The notes under the pieces: generated by a model
What the model saw: only the letters and a program-made list of their open reading frames with translations
Told to the model about the DNA's origin: nothing
The model's database searches: none
NCBI GenBank assembly: GCA_963932905.1
Contig: CAWVRN010000023.1
Location: 1 to 64,000 of the forward strand
Length of the DNA: 64,000 nucleotides
Reading direction: 5' to 3'
Source of the DNA: an uncultured Bdellovibrio sp.
GTDB lineage: Bacteria; Bdellovibrionota; Bdellovibrionia; Bdellovibrionales; Bdellovibrionaceae
Shown: positions 1-10,162 of the stretch, one piece after another
Layout: every line of letters begins with the position of its first letter
How positions within the stretch are numbered: the first letter of the stretch is position 1
Program-made: the position numbers and the translations under genes

Positions 1-26
1 TAAATCGTCTCATTTTGATAATTAAC

Positions 27-605
27 CTAGACTACGAAATTTTCACCGCACTCCACAGGTATTAGAAATAAGTTTCCATATATTGATGAACCCGAGAGCC
101 AGTCGTTGTTTAATTTTAAGAATCCGGCCCAAAAATAAAAAAGTACCAAGAGTCTAGGTATTGTTTCTCTTTTGTTTCCAACGAACAAAAAAGAAACAAT
201 AATGAAAGTAAACATATAGTTTTGATTAAGTCTGACACGATAGTCATAAAGAATGATAGCAATTCTGATGGACTCTAGCAGTAGAGTCAGTACATAGGCG
301 GAATGAACTTTTCTTTTAAAAAAAAGAACTGCATTCAATAACGAAAGAAAAGCAAGTATAGCAAAGATGAGCTGCCAGTTAGATGGAGAAAAGATTCTGA
401 CCACGTCGCAGCTGTTAAAGAAAGGCCAGCAAATGGGTTCTTCTAAATATGATAATTTAAAATCAAATCCATACTGAAACAAATAAATCCAAAAGTACAA
501 ATAACCGAGGCAGAGAAGTCCGCCATAGACAGAGAGAAGCCTTTGATTCTGTATTTCTCGCACTTGGCGTAAAATAAAAGACATTGATATGAAATTCTGA
601 CACAT
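27..605 (-). CDS. HTTM-domain (vitamin K-dependent carboxylase-like) membrane protein, possibly C-terminally truncated
   Basis: Several hydrophobic helices and the motif LFYFWAGFLKLNNDWLSG, typical of HTTM domains; the ORF stops ~20 aa after this motif. Confidence 0.55.
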   Translation of the reverse strand: MCQNFISMSFILRQVREIQNQRLLSVYGGLLCLGYLYFWIYLFQYGFDFKLSYLEEPICWPFFNSCDVVRIFSPSNWQLIFAILAFLSLLNAVLFFKRKVHSAYVLTLLLESIRIAIILYDYRVRLNQNYMFTFIIVSFLFVGNKRETIPRLLVLFYFWAGFLKLNNDWLSGSSIYGNLFLIPVECGENFVV

Positions 606-688
606 ATCATTGGTTTTGTCGAATAGGACCTTTGTATTAAATGAAATCTCTCAGTTCAATTATTTAAAAATATACCGATAAATTGAAT

Positions 689-1879
689 ATGAAATTTAAA
701 CCACACTGGAAACTCTTAGTTGCCCTGTTGTTAGTTTTTGATTTTATTTGGGGAAATGAGGACGTCAGGGAGGACTATAAGTCTGTAGATCTTAGTCAGC
801 TGGATCTACTTGAGGACTGCGCCGTAAGAACCTCCAAAAATTCACTTATTGATAATAAATTTTTAGCAATAGTAAGAAACTCAGACGAGATAAGCTTAGA
901 TTTTGAAAGTTTTTACTGGTTGAGAGTGTCCCTAAAAAAAACAGAGTTTTGGGTTAGGTCAACTTGTGTATCGAGTAGAAAATCAAATGGATCTTGTCCT
1001 CTTTATTACGATGAAGAATTAAAAAAAATAAGTCCCTACTATGTTTTTAGAAAAGAGTACATTGTCCTCGTTGAATCCGATTCAAAAAAGAAAATTAAGC
1101 TGAAACATGATTTCGGTTTTATGGGAAGCCAATGCTTTGGACTGCCAATGATGTATTCCGAAAAATTCAAAAGTAACTACGACAAAGTCTATCAGCCCAA
1201 GGTTATAGAAAAACCTGAACCTACGTTTGTTAAAGCGAACGATGGGCTATTTCGCTTTTCATATTCTCCGCTCTTTTATGATTTTCACCAATCTGATTCA
1301 AAAGAAAATTCAAACGAATTTCGGCTTTTTTTAACGAATTCATTTGGTTTAAGCTATCAAATGACAAACGAAAATGTAAGTTTTGAGGCCGGATATGAAT
1401 ACAAAGAAGTAAATTTTAAGAATGATTTGCTTGGTACTAAGTATCTCGCATTAAATACCTTAAGTATAAACTATCTGCGAAATAGAATTTTGCCTTCTGA
1501 CGGGGGTTTAGGCATTTTAGTCAGATCGGAACAGTCTCCTTATTTTCTAAATGTAGATAACTCAACCAAAAATTACTACTATAGCATAACGAACGCTGGC
1601 CCGAGACTAGTATTTCAACATACCCTATATGATATAAATTTCGCTAGTTCCTGGTTTGTATTTCAGTCCATTTATTCTCATAATTGGCAAGCCAAAACCA
1701 AATTAGGCTTCGAAGTTAAACTGAATTCGGTAGTTCTGAAAAAAGAAAGCCTTCAGTACGACATTTTTGTAAGGTATATAAATCAATCTGTCTTTTTGAC
1801 AGAGAAGATTGGGATTAACGAGGTCGACCTTACTCAACAAATTAAAAGTACAATTTTCGGTTTTGAAATAAGTTATTAA
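689..1879 (+). CDS. Hypothetical exported protein with probable C-terminal outer-membrane beta-barrel
   Basis: N-terminal signal-like segment; alternating aromatic/hydrophobic strands in the C-terminal half ending FGFEISY (terminal aromatic). ATG at 689 (track TTG 683); AT-rich. Confidence 0.45.
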   Translation: MKFKPHWKLLVALLLVFDFIWGNEDVREDYKSVDLSQLDLLEDCAVRTSKNSLIDNKFLAIVRNSDEISLDFESFYWLRVSLKKTEFWVRSTCVSSRKSNGSCPLYYDEELKKISPYYVFRKEYIVLVESDSKKKIKLKHDFGFMGSQCFGLPMMYSEKFKSNYDKVYQPKVIEKPEPTFVKANDGLFRFSYSPLFYDFHQSDSKENSNEFRLFLTNSFGLSYQMTNENVSFEAGYEYKEVNFKNDLLGTKYLALNTLSINYLRNRILPSDGGLGILVRSEQSPYFLNVDNSTKNYYYSITNAGPRLVFQHTLYDINFASSWFVFQSIYSHNWQAKTKLGFEVKLNSVVLKKESLQYDIFVRYINQSVFLTEKIGINEVDLTQQIKSTIFGFEISY

Positions 1880-1892
1880 GGATCAAGTCAAA

Positions 1893-2708
1893 TTACCTGC
1901 TTTTGCTATCCGTTTCAGGAACCCAACCTTTACGTTGAGTCAGTAGGCGTTTTACCCAGTACGTAAATGTGTCCTCTTGTGTTGGTGCACGGCCTGTGAT
2001 CAGCAAACCTTGCTCACTCATGACTAAAATCAGACGCTTTACTGTTTCACGATCTGTATCGTTAGTTAGTAAACTTATGCCATAGCCAAGGCGGCCATTC
2101 GAGTTTTTAGAATAGACAACCTCGCCTTTTAGCGCATAGTTCTGGTCCTTGTATTTGAAATCGATATCGATACGGCCTTTCGTGTTCATTTTCAAATCTG
2201 TTTCGATGAACAAACCGCCTTCAGACAAGTTTTTGATTTCGCCGCTACCTTTTTGATCAACCCATGTGAACGTGGTTTCAAAATCAGCTTTAAAACGCGG
2301 CTTTGTTTCCCACCAACGTAAGCGCGGGTCAAAGTACACTTGGCGAACTTGCGGTAGAATAAAATAACCAACTGCTAAAAGATTGATTAGATAGAACGCG
2401 ATTAGGTAAATGCCCAGTTCGATCGTCGGTTGCGATTGCCAAGACATGTAGCTGTATGTAAAAGGGAAGATCATCAATATTAAGTACAGGTAGTAGCTCC
2501 ATTTCTTGCAAATGTAGATCAGGATGCCACCTAAAACTGGAATACACAGAAAGATAATTGTTCTGATCAATTCATCCGGATGAAATAGGGCGTTGATGTA
2601 AGTTCCGATTGTGACGTTAGCGAAAATGGAATTAGCAACAATGTTTCCCAGTGGTGCAAACAAATGAAGTAGCGCTAAAACGATTAACGGCCATGGTTTA
2701 CGTTTCAT
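1893..2708 (-). CDS. Membrane protein with C-terminal PilZ domain
   Basis: 4 TM helices, then RWWETKPRF...KNLSEGGLFI (D/NxSxxG) and a beta-rich PilZ-like region; the RxxxR motif is non-canonical. Confidence 0.8.
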   Translation of the reverse strand: MKRKPWPLIVLALLHLFAPLGNIVANSIFANVTIGTYINALFHPDELIRTIIFLCIPVLGGILIYICKKWSYYLYLILMIFPFTYSYMSWQSQPTIELGIYLIAFYLINLLAVGYFILPQVRQVYFDPRLRWWETKPRFKADFETTFTWVDQKGSGEIKNLSEGGLFIETDLKMNTKGRIDIDFKYKDQNYALKGEVVYSKNSNGRLGYGISLLTNDTDRETVKRLILVMSEQGLLITGRAPTQEDTFTYWVKRLLTQRKGWVPETDSKSR

Positions 2709-2805
2709 ACAGTCCCCTATATAAAAATTCGTTTATTGAATTAAATTATATACTCATTAAAAGACTGTTTTAAGAACTTTAGTGATAAACTCGATCTAAG
2801 TTAGA

Positions 2806-3507
2806 TTAGATTCCTAGGTATGATCGGCGAACTTCATCGTTATTTAACAAATCCTTACCGCCACCTTCTAGTGTGATAAGTCCTGTTTCTAAAACGTAAG
2901 CGCGATGTGAAATCATTAATGATTGCTTCGCATTTTGTTCTACCAACAAGATCGTCATGCCTTCAGAGTTTAATTGTTTTACAATTTCAAAAATCTGACT
3001 GACTATGATCGGAGCTAGACCTAATGAAGGTTCATCAAGTAGCAATAGTTCAGGTTTGCACATTAAAGCACGGCAGATCGAAAGCATTTGTTGTTCACCG
3101 CCAGATAAAGTACCTGCCATTTGCCATAATCGTTCTTTAATACGCGGAAATAATTCCAGACAGCGATTGTAGTCTTTTTGAATTTGTTCTTTATCGTTAC
3201 GAGTATATGCCCCTAATTCTAAATTCTCTAGCACGCTCATCTGAGGAAAAATACCGCGACCTTCTGGAGATTGAGCAATGCCTAAAGTTACTCGTAAATG
3301 AGATGGGACCTTTGAGATCTCTTTACCTTTGAATTCAATTTGGCCCTCGGATTCTACGATTCCAGATAGTGCTCTTAACGTAGTCGTTTTACCAGCACCA
3401 TTAGATCCTATAAGGGAAACGATTTCGCCTTTGTTGATGTTAAAGGAAATGCCTTTTAATCCTTTAATTGCGCCGTAATTAACTTTTAAATTAGATACTT
3501 TAAGCAT
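2806..3507 (-). CDS. livF: Branched-chain amino acid ABC transporter ATP-binding protein
   Basis: GSNGAGKTT Walker A, LSGGEQQML, LLLDEPSLGLAP. Confidence 0.95.
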   Translation of the reverse strand: MLKVSNLKVNYGAIKGLKGISFNINKGEIVSLIGSNGAGKTTTLRALSGIVESEGQIEFKGKEISKVPSHLRVTLGIAQSPEGRGIFPQMSVLENLELGAYTRNDKEQIQKDYNRCLELFPRIKERLWQMAGTLSGGEQQMLSICRALMCKPELLLLDEPSLGLAPIIVSQIFEIVKQLNSEGMTILLVEQNAKQSLMISHRAYVLETGLITLEGGGKDLLNNDEVRRSYLGI

Positions 3508-4289
3508 TAGTGTGACTCATCCGCATCGACGCCCAAGTAAGCTTCGATAACTTTTTTAGAAGTTTTAATTTTCTCTGGAGCGCCATCTTCAATCTTAACA
3601 CCATGATCAAGAACGAAAATTTGCTCGCAAATACCCATAACCAGTTTCATATCATGCTCAATCAACAAGACTGTTAAATTGAACTCTTTACGAATTTTAG
3701 CAATCAATTCCATTAACGAGTGAGTTTCTGAATGATTCATGCCGGCCGCAGGCTCGTCCAACAGAATCATTTTCGGTTCTGTCATCAACGCGCGAACGAT
3801 TTCAAGTTTACGTTGCTCACCATAAGGAAGATTCGCAGAACGTTCATTGATTTTATTTGATAACCCGAAAATATGAAGGATGTCTTTGGCACGTTGAACC
3901 AGTTTTGTTTCTTCTGTTTCAAACGCTTTCGTCAGGAACAAAGCATCGGTCCATGTGTATTTCACATGTTGATGGTTAGCGATCAAAACGTTTTCTAATA
4001 CAGTTAGGTCTTTGAATAGGCGAATGTTTTGAAATGTTCGAGTCAAACCGTGACTAGAAATTTCATAAGGACGTAGGCCACTGATTTTTTTAGATTCAAA
4101 TGCGACTTCACCTGAAGTTGGTGTGTACACGCCAGTAAGCATATTAAATACTGTAGTTTTACCAGCACCGTTAGGGCCAATCAAACCAGCAAGCTGACCT
4201 TTTTGTACCTGAAACGAAAGTCCTTCAACCGCTTTTAAGCCACCAAACTGCATGGTGACGTTACGAACATCAAGTAGAGGAGCCGACAT
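3507..4289 (-). CDS. livG: Branched-chain amino acid ABC transporter ATP-binding protein
   Basis: GPNGAGKTT, RTFQNIRLF, LPYGEQRKLEI, LLDEPAAG. Confidence 0.95.
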   Translation of the reverse strand: MSAPLLDVRNVTMQFGGLKAVEGLSFQVQKGQLAGLIGPNGAGKTTVFNMLTGVYTPTSGEVAFESKKISGLRPYEISSHGLTRTFQNIRLFKDLTVLENVLIANHQHVKYTWTDALFLTKAFETEETKLVQRAKDILHIFGLSNKINERSANLPYGEQRKLEIVRALMTEPKMILLDEPAAGMNHSETHSLMELIAKIRKEFNLTVLLIEHDMKLVMGICEQIFVLDHGVKIEDGAPEKIKTSKKVIEAYLGVDADESH

Positions 4290-5274
4290 TCTTTCTCCAG
4301 TTCAAATTGATTTCTTTATCCCCGAAAAGACCTTTAGGTCTTAGGATCATAATTAAAATTAATGCTAACGAGTAAATGATCATCCGTAAATCAACACCGC
4401 CGGTGTAGTCTTTTAGTGAACGTAAAAGTTCCGGAAGAACAGTAATAATCAATGCAGAAGTTAGAACTCCCGACATGCTTCCCATTCCACCCAGTACGAC
4501 CATGATAACGGCATCGATACTCATTAAGAAGGTAAAGCTGGCTGGGCTAACATAATTTGTGAAGTGAGCATATAAAGCACCCGCGATTCCAGCGAAGAAG
4601 CTAGATACAACGAACGCTTGGATTTTTGCTTTAGTAGTGTTGATACCCATTGCTTCGGCCGCAATTTCATCCTCACGAACACTTAGGAAGCAGCGACCGT
4701 GGCTTGATTTCAATAAACGCCAAATAACGAAGAAACAAATCACAGACCAGAAAATTGCAAAGATAAGTGAGGTTATGTAGTTTGAAATAACAAAACCACC
4801 TAAATCAACTTCCGGCATTGAAGGAACGGAAGAGATACCCAAAGCACCACCTAAAGAAGCGGCATTATTTAAGCTAACGCGAATGATTTCACCGAAACCT
4901 AAGGTTACGATAGCTAGATAGTCGCCCTTCAAACGTAGTGACGGTAAACCGACAACGTACCCGAAAGCACCGGCTAAAAGACCGCTACCTAAGCTGATTA
5001 AAATAAAATAAGGAAGGCCCGCTACGCCAGCTGGGACTGGGAATTTAGTCGTCATGACTGCGGTGAAGTAGGCGCCAACAGCCACAAATCCTGCGTGACC
5101 TAACGAAAATTGTCCCGTGTAACCATTAACCAAATTCAAACTCATACCCATGATGGAATTCACGAACAAGAATAATACAATCAATTGAATATAAGAATTT
5201 GTCACCAAACCCAAAGCGGATGTGACGATCAAAATAATTAAAGCCGCAATAAGAGGAGTTTTAATTGCTTTCAT
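4270..5274 (-). CDS. livM: Branched-chain amino acid ABC transporter permease
   Basis: GYTGQFSLGHAGF, LRLKGDYLAIVTLGFGEI. Confidence 0.95.
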   Translation of the reverse strand: MKAIKTPLIAALIILIVTSALGLVTNSYIQLIVLFLFVNSIMGMSLNLVNGYTGQFSLGHAGFVAVGAYFTAVMTTKFPVPAGVAGLPYFILISLGSGLLAGAFGYVVGLPSLRLKGDYLAIVTLGFGEIIRVSLNNAASLGGALGISSVPSMPEVDLGGFVISNYITSLIFAIFWSVICFFVIWRLLKSSHGRCFLSVREDEIAAEAMGINTTKAKIQAFVVSSFFAGIAGALYAHFTNYVSPASFTFLMSIDAVIMVVLGGMGSMSGVLTSALIITVLPELLRSLKDYTGGVDLRMIIYSLALILIMILRPKGLFGDKEINLNWRKNVGSST

Positions 5275-6176
5275 TATACTTTCTCGATTCTGTTCTTACC
5301 GAACATACCGGCCGGTTTAACTAAAAGGATAAAAATCAAAATTAAAAATGCTAAGGCATCACGATACTGTGACGATCCATAAACAACCACCAGAATTTCT
5401 GATACGCCTAAAATCAATCCACCAGTCACGGCACCCGCGATGCTTCCGATACCACCAAGTACCGCTGCGACGAATGCTTTTAGACCAATCATTGTTCCCA
5501 TCATAGGTTCGATTTTTTGGTATTTGATACCAACCAGGATTGCGCCGATACCAGCTAATGAAGATCCGATAATAAATGTGTAAGCAACAACACGAGAAAC
5601 ATTGATACCTAAAATTGAAGCTACCGAAGCATTGTGGCTGACGGCTCTCATCGCCTTACCTAATTTCGTGTGATAAACTAAGAAGTGTAAAATACCCATT
5701 GATAACAAGCTGACGATCAAAATAGTGACATCGAATGATTTGATGGGAGCACCCGCAACTGAAAACAAAGTTTGGTCTTCAATTAAAGTTGGAAATACTT
5801 TTGGGTCCGCACCGAAAACAAGCTGAGCAAAATATTGTAAAAATAAACTCACCCCAATGGCAGTGATAAGAACGTTCAATTTTGGAGCTTTGCGAAGTGG
5901 ACGGTAGGCGAATTTTTCGATGGCCAGTCCAAGCAAACTGCAAAGAACCATCGTCGTCACCAGAACTATCGCTAGAGAAGTAAAGCCTGGCGACGATGAT
6001 AAATTTAAATATTTGGCAGAGTAGTACGCAAAGAAAGCGCCCATCATATAAACTTCTGAGTGGGCGAAATTAATCATTTGCAGGATACCGTAAACCATTG
6101 TGTACCCTAATGCGATTAGGGCGTAGATACTTCCAAGACTTAAGCCATTAATCAAATGCTGCAGCAATTCTTCCAT
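5274..6176 (-). CDS. livH: Branched-chain amino acid ABC transporter permease
   Basis: GSIYALIALGYTMVYGIL..INFAH, KAFVAAVLGGIG. Confidence 0.95.
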   Translation of the reverse strand: MEELLQHLINGLSLGSIYALIALGYTMVYGILQMINFAHSEVYMMGAFFAYYSAKYLNLSSSPGFTSLAIVLVTTMVLCSLLGLAIEKFAYRPLRKAPKLNVLITAIGVSLFLQYFAQLVFGADPKVFPTLIEDQTLFSVAGAPIKSFDVTILIVSLLSMGILHFLVYHTKLGKAMRAVSHNASVASILGINVSRVVAYTFIIGSSLAGIGAILVGIKYQKIEPMMGTMIGLKAFVAAVLGGIGSIAGAVTGGLILGVSEILVVVYGSSQYRDALAFLILIFILLVKPAGMFGKNRIEKV

Positions 6177-6190
6177 AAGACAATACTGTC

Positions 6191-7321
6191 TTATGGATTT
6201 ATTGTTGTCACATACTTTCTTTTTTCGTTATCGACTTGAACTACAACTGCACTTTTGACAGCGTTACGTTCAGCATTCATCGAGATCTTTCCAGTCACAC
6301 CTACAAAGTCTTTTGTCTTGGCGATTTCATCACGGATTAAATTAGGCTTCACTTCAGCGGCACGCTCAATCGCTTCAGCTACAATTTTAGCGGCGTCGTA
6401 ACCTAATGCTGCTAGACCATCTGGTACTTCGTCGTTGTATCGAGCTTTAAAACGTTTGATGAAATCAACAACAACCGGATCAGTTGATTCTGTTGTGTAG
6501 TGATTTGAAAAGTACTGACCGTTGATCGCATCGCCGCCTATTTCATGCAATTTCGGAGAATCCCAACCATCGCCACCCAGTAGAGTTGCTTTCAATTCAA
6601 TTTGTTTTGCTTGTTTTGCAATATTGCCCGCATCGCTGTAGTAACCAGGAACAAAGATAACGTCTGGTTTTTTAGCTTTGATTTCTGCTAGCTGAGCTTT
6701 GAAATCGATATCTTTTGGTTGGTATTGAATGTCGATAACAATTTCGCCACCCATTTTTTTGAATTCAGCTGCGAACACGTTTGCTAAACCTTCGCTGTAA
6801 GCATCGCCATTTTTTCTAAAAATAGCGGCTTTTTTAACCTTCAAATTTTCAATGGCGAACTTTGCCATCACTAAACCTTGGAACGGGTCAATGAAACAAA
6901 CACGAAAAATATTGTCACCTTTTTGAGTTACTTCTGGATTAGTTGAACTCGGTGAAACCATCGGAATGCCATTTTTCTGAGCAATAGGGGCCGCAATCAA
7001 CGAACGAGATGAGGCCACCTCGCCGATTAAGGCTACGATTTTTTCTTGAGTGATGAGACGATTAACAACTTTCGCTGTTTCTTCGTTTTTACCTTGATTG
7101 TCTTCAGTGATAAGTTTGACTTTTTTACCTTTGATGCCGCCCTTAGCGTTGATTTCATCAAAAGCCATTTTAATACCTTTGTTTGTTGAAATTCCAAACG
7201 TAGCATCGTCACCAGTTAGTGAGCCATATTCTCCGATCAGGATAACATCTTCTTTTTTCGTGCACGACGTGAAGATAAAAGCCGCAGCTATAATCAAATT
7301 AATGATCAACAATTTTTTCAC
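6191..7321 (-). CDS. livK: Branched-chain amino acid ABC transporter substrate-binding lipoprotein
   Basis: Lipobox FTSC, LivJ/K-type motifs (SLTG, FRVCFID, ALGYDA), first gene of the liv operon, GGAGG SD before GTG. Confidence 0.9.
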   Translation of the reverse strand: MKKLLIINLIIAAAFIFTSCTKKEDVILIGEYGSLTGDDATFGISTNKGIKMAFDEINAKGGIKGKKVKLITEDNQGKNEETAKVVNRLITQEKIVALIGEVASSRSLIAAPIAQKNGIPMVSPSSTNPEVTQKGDNIFRVCFIDPFQGLVMAKFAIENLKVKKAAIFRKNGDAYSEGLANVFAAEFKKMGGEIVIDIQYQPKDIDFKAQLAEIKAKKPDVIFVPGYYSDAGNIAKQAKQIELKATLLGGDGWDSPKLHEIGGDAINGQYFSNHYTTESTDPVVVDFIKRFKARYNDEVPDGLAALGYDAAKIVAEAIERAAEVKPNLIRDEIAKTKDFVGVTGKISMNAERNAVKSAVVVQVDNEKRKYVTTINP

Positions 7322-7351
7322 AAGGTCCTCCAGTTAGTAGAAACGTATTTG

Positions 7352-7379
7352 AAAAGCCTAAATTCTGAGTTGGGCTTTT
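7352..7379. terminator. Hairpin with A/T tails between the men operon and livK
   Basis: aaaagccta-aattctgagt-tgggctttt inverted repeat. Confidence 0.4.
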
Positions 7380-7474
7380 TAACATGCTTAGTGGACTATG
7401 TTTCCTGATTTCTAAATGGGGGGTCAATTCAAAATTTGATAAATCTTTCGATAACTTATTGCGTAAATGAGGGG

Positions 7475-7807
7475 CTATTTAGTGACTGATTTTTTAATCG
7501 TTTCAAGAACCTGATTTGTCTCTTCGAACGGGTTAAAAACATAACTGACGCTTTGGCTTGGATCCGTCATAGAAATCTGTGTGATAGCCTGAAAACCAGT
7601 TGGGCAAACACCTAGGCAACTGCTAGTCATCACACGTACCTTCCCTTTAAGGCCCATTGTGTTCAGTTCTGTTTTGTACTGGCTTTTGATGGATTCAGCG
7701 ATATCTGTTGAGGGCGAGGAATCTGCGGCTCGTGCCGTGATCGATTTTTGACATTTCGTGCAGACGAAAATGGCATACTCACTAAAGAATACTTTGTCTG
7801 TTTTCAA
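7475..7807 (-). CDS. Thioredoxin-like (2Fe-2S) ferredoxin family protein
   Basis: IFVCTKC...VRVMTSSCLGVCP cysteine pattern; overlaps the menE end. Confidence 0.7.
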   Translation of the reverse strand: MKTDKVFFSEYAIFVCTKCQKSITARAADSSPSTDIAESIKSQYKTELNTMGLKGKVRVMTSSCLGVCPTGFQAITQISMTDPSQSVSYVFNPFEETNQVLETIKKSVTK

Positions 7808-9086
7808 AATAGCTCTCCTTGAATGAGTCAGTGCTAAACGAACTCGTTTTTATTTTCCCAAGGTCAGTCCTTGGTATTTCGTCCACCAAAATATACCAGT
7901 GGATGCGTTCGTAAGGCAAGACGGCGTCGTTAAAACGTTTTATGACAGTTTTTTGTTTCGCTTCATCCAAGTTTTTCGTGAAGATGGCGAATAGCTCGTG
8001 TTCGTCGCGATCGTTTGGTACAAAGTGCAGAATAGGTGCGTGATTTCCTAAACTCATTTCTGCTGAAACATCAGTCAGTCGCTGATTCAGAAGCTGAGTA
8101 TTTACAAGCTCGCCTTTGATTTTGATGATTCCTTGATCGCGTCCCAGGATTTGAAATTGATTTCCGCTTAGTTCGGCGCGGTCTTCAGTTGACCAAAAAC
8201 CATCTTGCAATGGAATCGGCTGGAATTGCCAAATGTTTTCTGTGATTGCGCGAGTACTTGTTTTGTCTTCTGTGTTTTGTGTCTTGTGGGGGGCGCCACT
8301 TTCGATTAAGTAGCCATCAAACAATGAATCCGTCTTGATCGCTAAGCGATCATTTTGATCGAGTGTGAGCTCGATGTTTGGTAGTGGAACATAATACTTG
8401 TCGGACTTCCGGCTGGTGCTGATAAACGCAGCTGTTTCGGTCATGCCGAACGTTTTTAGCAAAGGCCAGCCAAGGGAAACCATTTGTTCCCAGTACTGAT
8501 TTGGCAGGGCACTGCCGCCAACCAAAACTGTTTTTAAATGTTTAGGAGCAGAAATGTCTTTAGAAATCAGATCGAAAATTTGAGTTGGTACCAGCGAGCA
8601 AAAATTAATATTCAGCTGATTCAAATTTTTTGCGAAAATCTGAGGATCCCATTTCATCCAATAATAAGTTTTATTTTTATTTAAGTAAGCGCGAGCCAGA
8701 ATCGACAGGCCAGCTACGTGGTGGAGCGGTAGCGACACAAGCCAAGTATCCGACGGAGTCGAATTCAAAACTGCATTTGCTTTTTTGGCTGCGTTTAAAA
8801 AATTACGTTTTTTTAAAACCACGATTTTCAAAAGGTGAGAGGTTGTTCCAGATGTGGGAATCAGCAGTGAAGGCTCCGTAATAACCTGCGAAGTATGTAG
8901 AAATGCCTGAACCTGTTGCCAGATTTCCTGTTTGCGATCGTTATTCAATTGTTCGTTCAAAAATAAAAATGAAGTGTCTGACTCAAAAATAAAACCGGGT
9001 AGTGCGCTGATGTTCACCGCTTGGTGATTCGAATTCTGCGTCCAAGTGTTCGGTTGAAAGAGTTCAAGTTTTAGATCGGTATTCAT
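7782..9086 (-). CDS. menE: o-succinylbenzoate-CoA ligase
   Basis: AMP-binding motifs TSGTT, LPLHHVAGL, FGMTET, SLVPTQ; men operon context. Confidence 0.85.
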   Translation of the reverse strand: MNTDLKLELFQPNTWTQNSNHQAVNISALPGFIFESDTSFLFLNEQLNNDRKQEIWQQVQAFLHTSQVITEPSLLIPTSGTTSHLLKIVVLKKRNFLNAAKKANAVLNSTPSDTWLVSLPLHHVAGLSILARAYLNKNKTYYWMKWDPQIFAKNLNQLNINFCSLVPTQIFDLISKDISAPKHLKTVLVGGSALPNQYWEQMVSLGWPLLKTFGMTETAAFISTSRKSDKYYVPLPNIELTLDQNDRLAIKTDSLFDGYLIESGAPHKTQNTEDKTSTRAITENIWQFQPIPLQDGFWSTEDRAELSGNQFQILGRDQGIIKIKGELVNTQLLNQRLTDVSAEMSLGNHAPILHFVPNDRDEHELFAIFTKNLDEAKQKTVIKRFNDAVLPYERIHWYILVDEIPRTDLGKIKTSSFSTDSFKESYFENRQSIL

Positions 9087-10162
9087 CGCGAATCCTTTTC
9101 GGCATCGCTCAGAATTAGCTCTAAGGATTTTGTGTCAGTGTAATTAAGTTTTAGCCAGTTTAGTTTGTCTAAAATAGATATCAGTTTCTGAAGTTTTTCT
9201 TTTTGGAATGTCCACAGTGCGCCGTCAAAACCCAGCAGATGGGCGTATTCATAGTTGTTATACAGATTGTGCGTGTGAAATCCCGGAGTCATCAAGTGAT
9301 ACGGAAACTGTTTTTTAAGTTCACAGTAATAGAAATATGTTTTCCATGCGCCGACGGCATTATCCATCATGTTGGTCAGAACGATTTTCTTTTTCTGAAT
9401 CGTCATTTGGATCAATTCAGCAAGAGAAAAGCCGCGCAGGGGTTTAACAATGCGATATTGAAAATGCTTTGGCTTATTTGCACCCGATTCTTTTTGGTAT
9501 TCTGTTTCACGTCCGGAAAATTCTTTATAGTTGTCTAAGGCTAGCGGCACTATTTTTTCTAGCTCAGACCAGTGGTAGTCGCCATAATCCATTGGATCTT
9601 CTACGTACTCAAGATTTGGAATTTTCTTTAGCATGTCCAGTGCTTCTTTGGATTCTTTAAAATTTAAAGAATTATTTAAATCGATGCGCACCAAGTAGGA
9701 TTTTAAATTTAGATTCATCAAAGCTTTGTGTTCGGCTTTAAAATCGCGCCCCATCTTAAACTTCAACACATCAAATTTTCCATCTTGAAGGATTTCCATT
9801 TGGTGGCCTAACGTTTTATCATAGCGTGAAATCAGCGCATTTGATTTCACGGGAATTAAATCGGGTTCACTCAAACGGAACGGAAATTTGAAATCGTTAT
9901 CGGCTAATTTCATTAGAAAATCTTTTAACTCGGGCAATGTGGGATCGCCCAATTCTGGCCAGTGAACAAAATCGGAAAAATTTCGAAAATTTTTAATTAA
10001 TGTTTCTACAGGTGAAGGTTTGATCGCACTGGGATCTGTGGGGCCTGCAGATGTTTGTTTAACCCCGACATGATCTTTGATAAAGAACCCCATTCGGGGC
10101 TCTTTGTTGCTCCTAGAATTAAGTGAATCCACTGGTTGGAGCGAGTATTTGTGGATCCACAT
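9083..10162 (-). CDS. menC: o-succinylbenzoate synthase (enolase superfamily), divergent
   Basis: KFKMG, RIDLN, YVEDP, ALD enolase-superfamily motifs; lies between menA and menE. Confidence 0.75.
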   Translation of the reverse strand: MWIHKYSLQPVDSLNSRSNKEPRMGFFIKDHVGVKQTSAGPTDPSAIKPSPVETLIKNFRNFSDFVHWPELGDPTLPELKDFLMKLADNDFKFPFRLSEPDLIPVKSNALISRYDKTLGHQMEILQDGKFDVLKFKMGRDFKAEHKALMNLNLKSYLVRIDLNNSLNFKESKEALDMLKKIPNLEYVEDPMDYGDYHWSELEKIVPLALDNYKEFSGRETEYQKESGANKPKHFQYRIVKPLRGFSLAELIQMTIQKKKIVLTNMMDNAVGAWKTYFYYCELKKQFPYHLMTPGFHTHNLYNNYEYAHLLGFDGALWTFQKEKLQKLISILDKLNWLKLNYTDTKSLELILSDAEKDSR

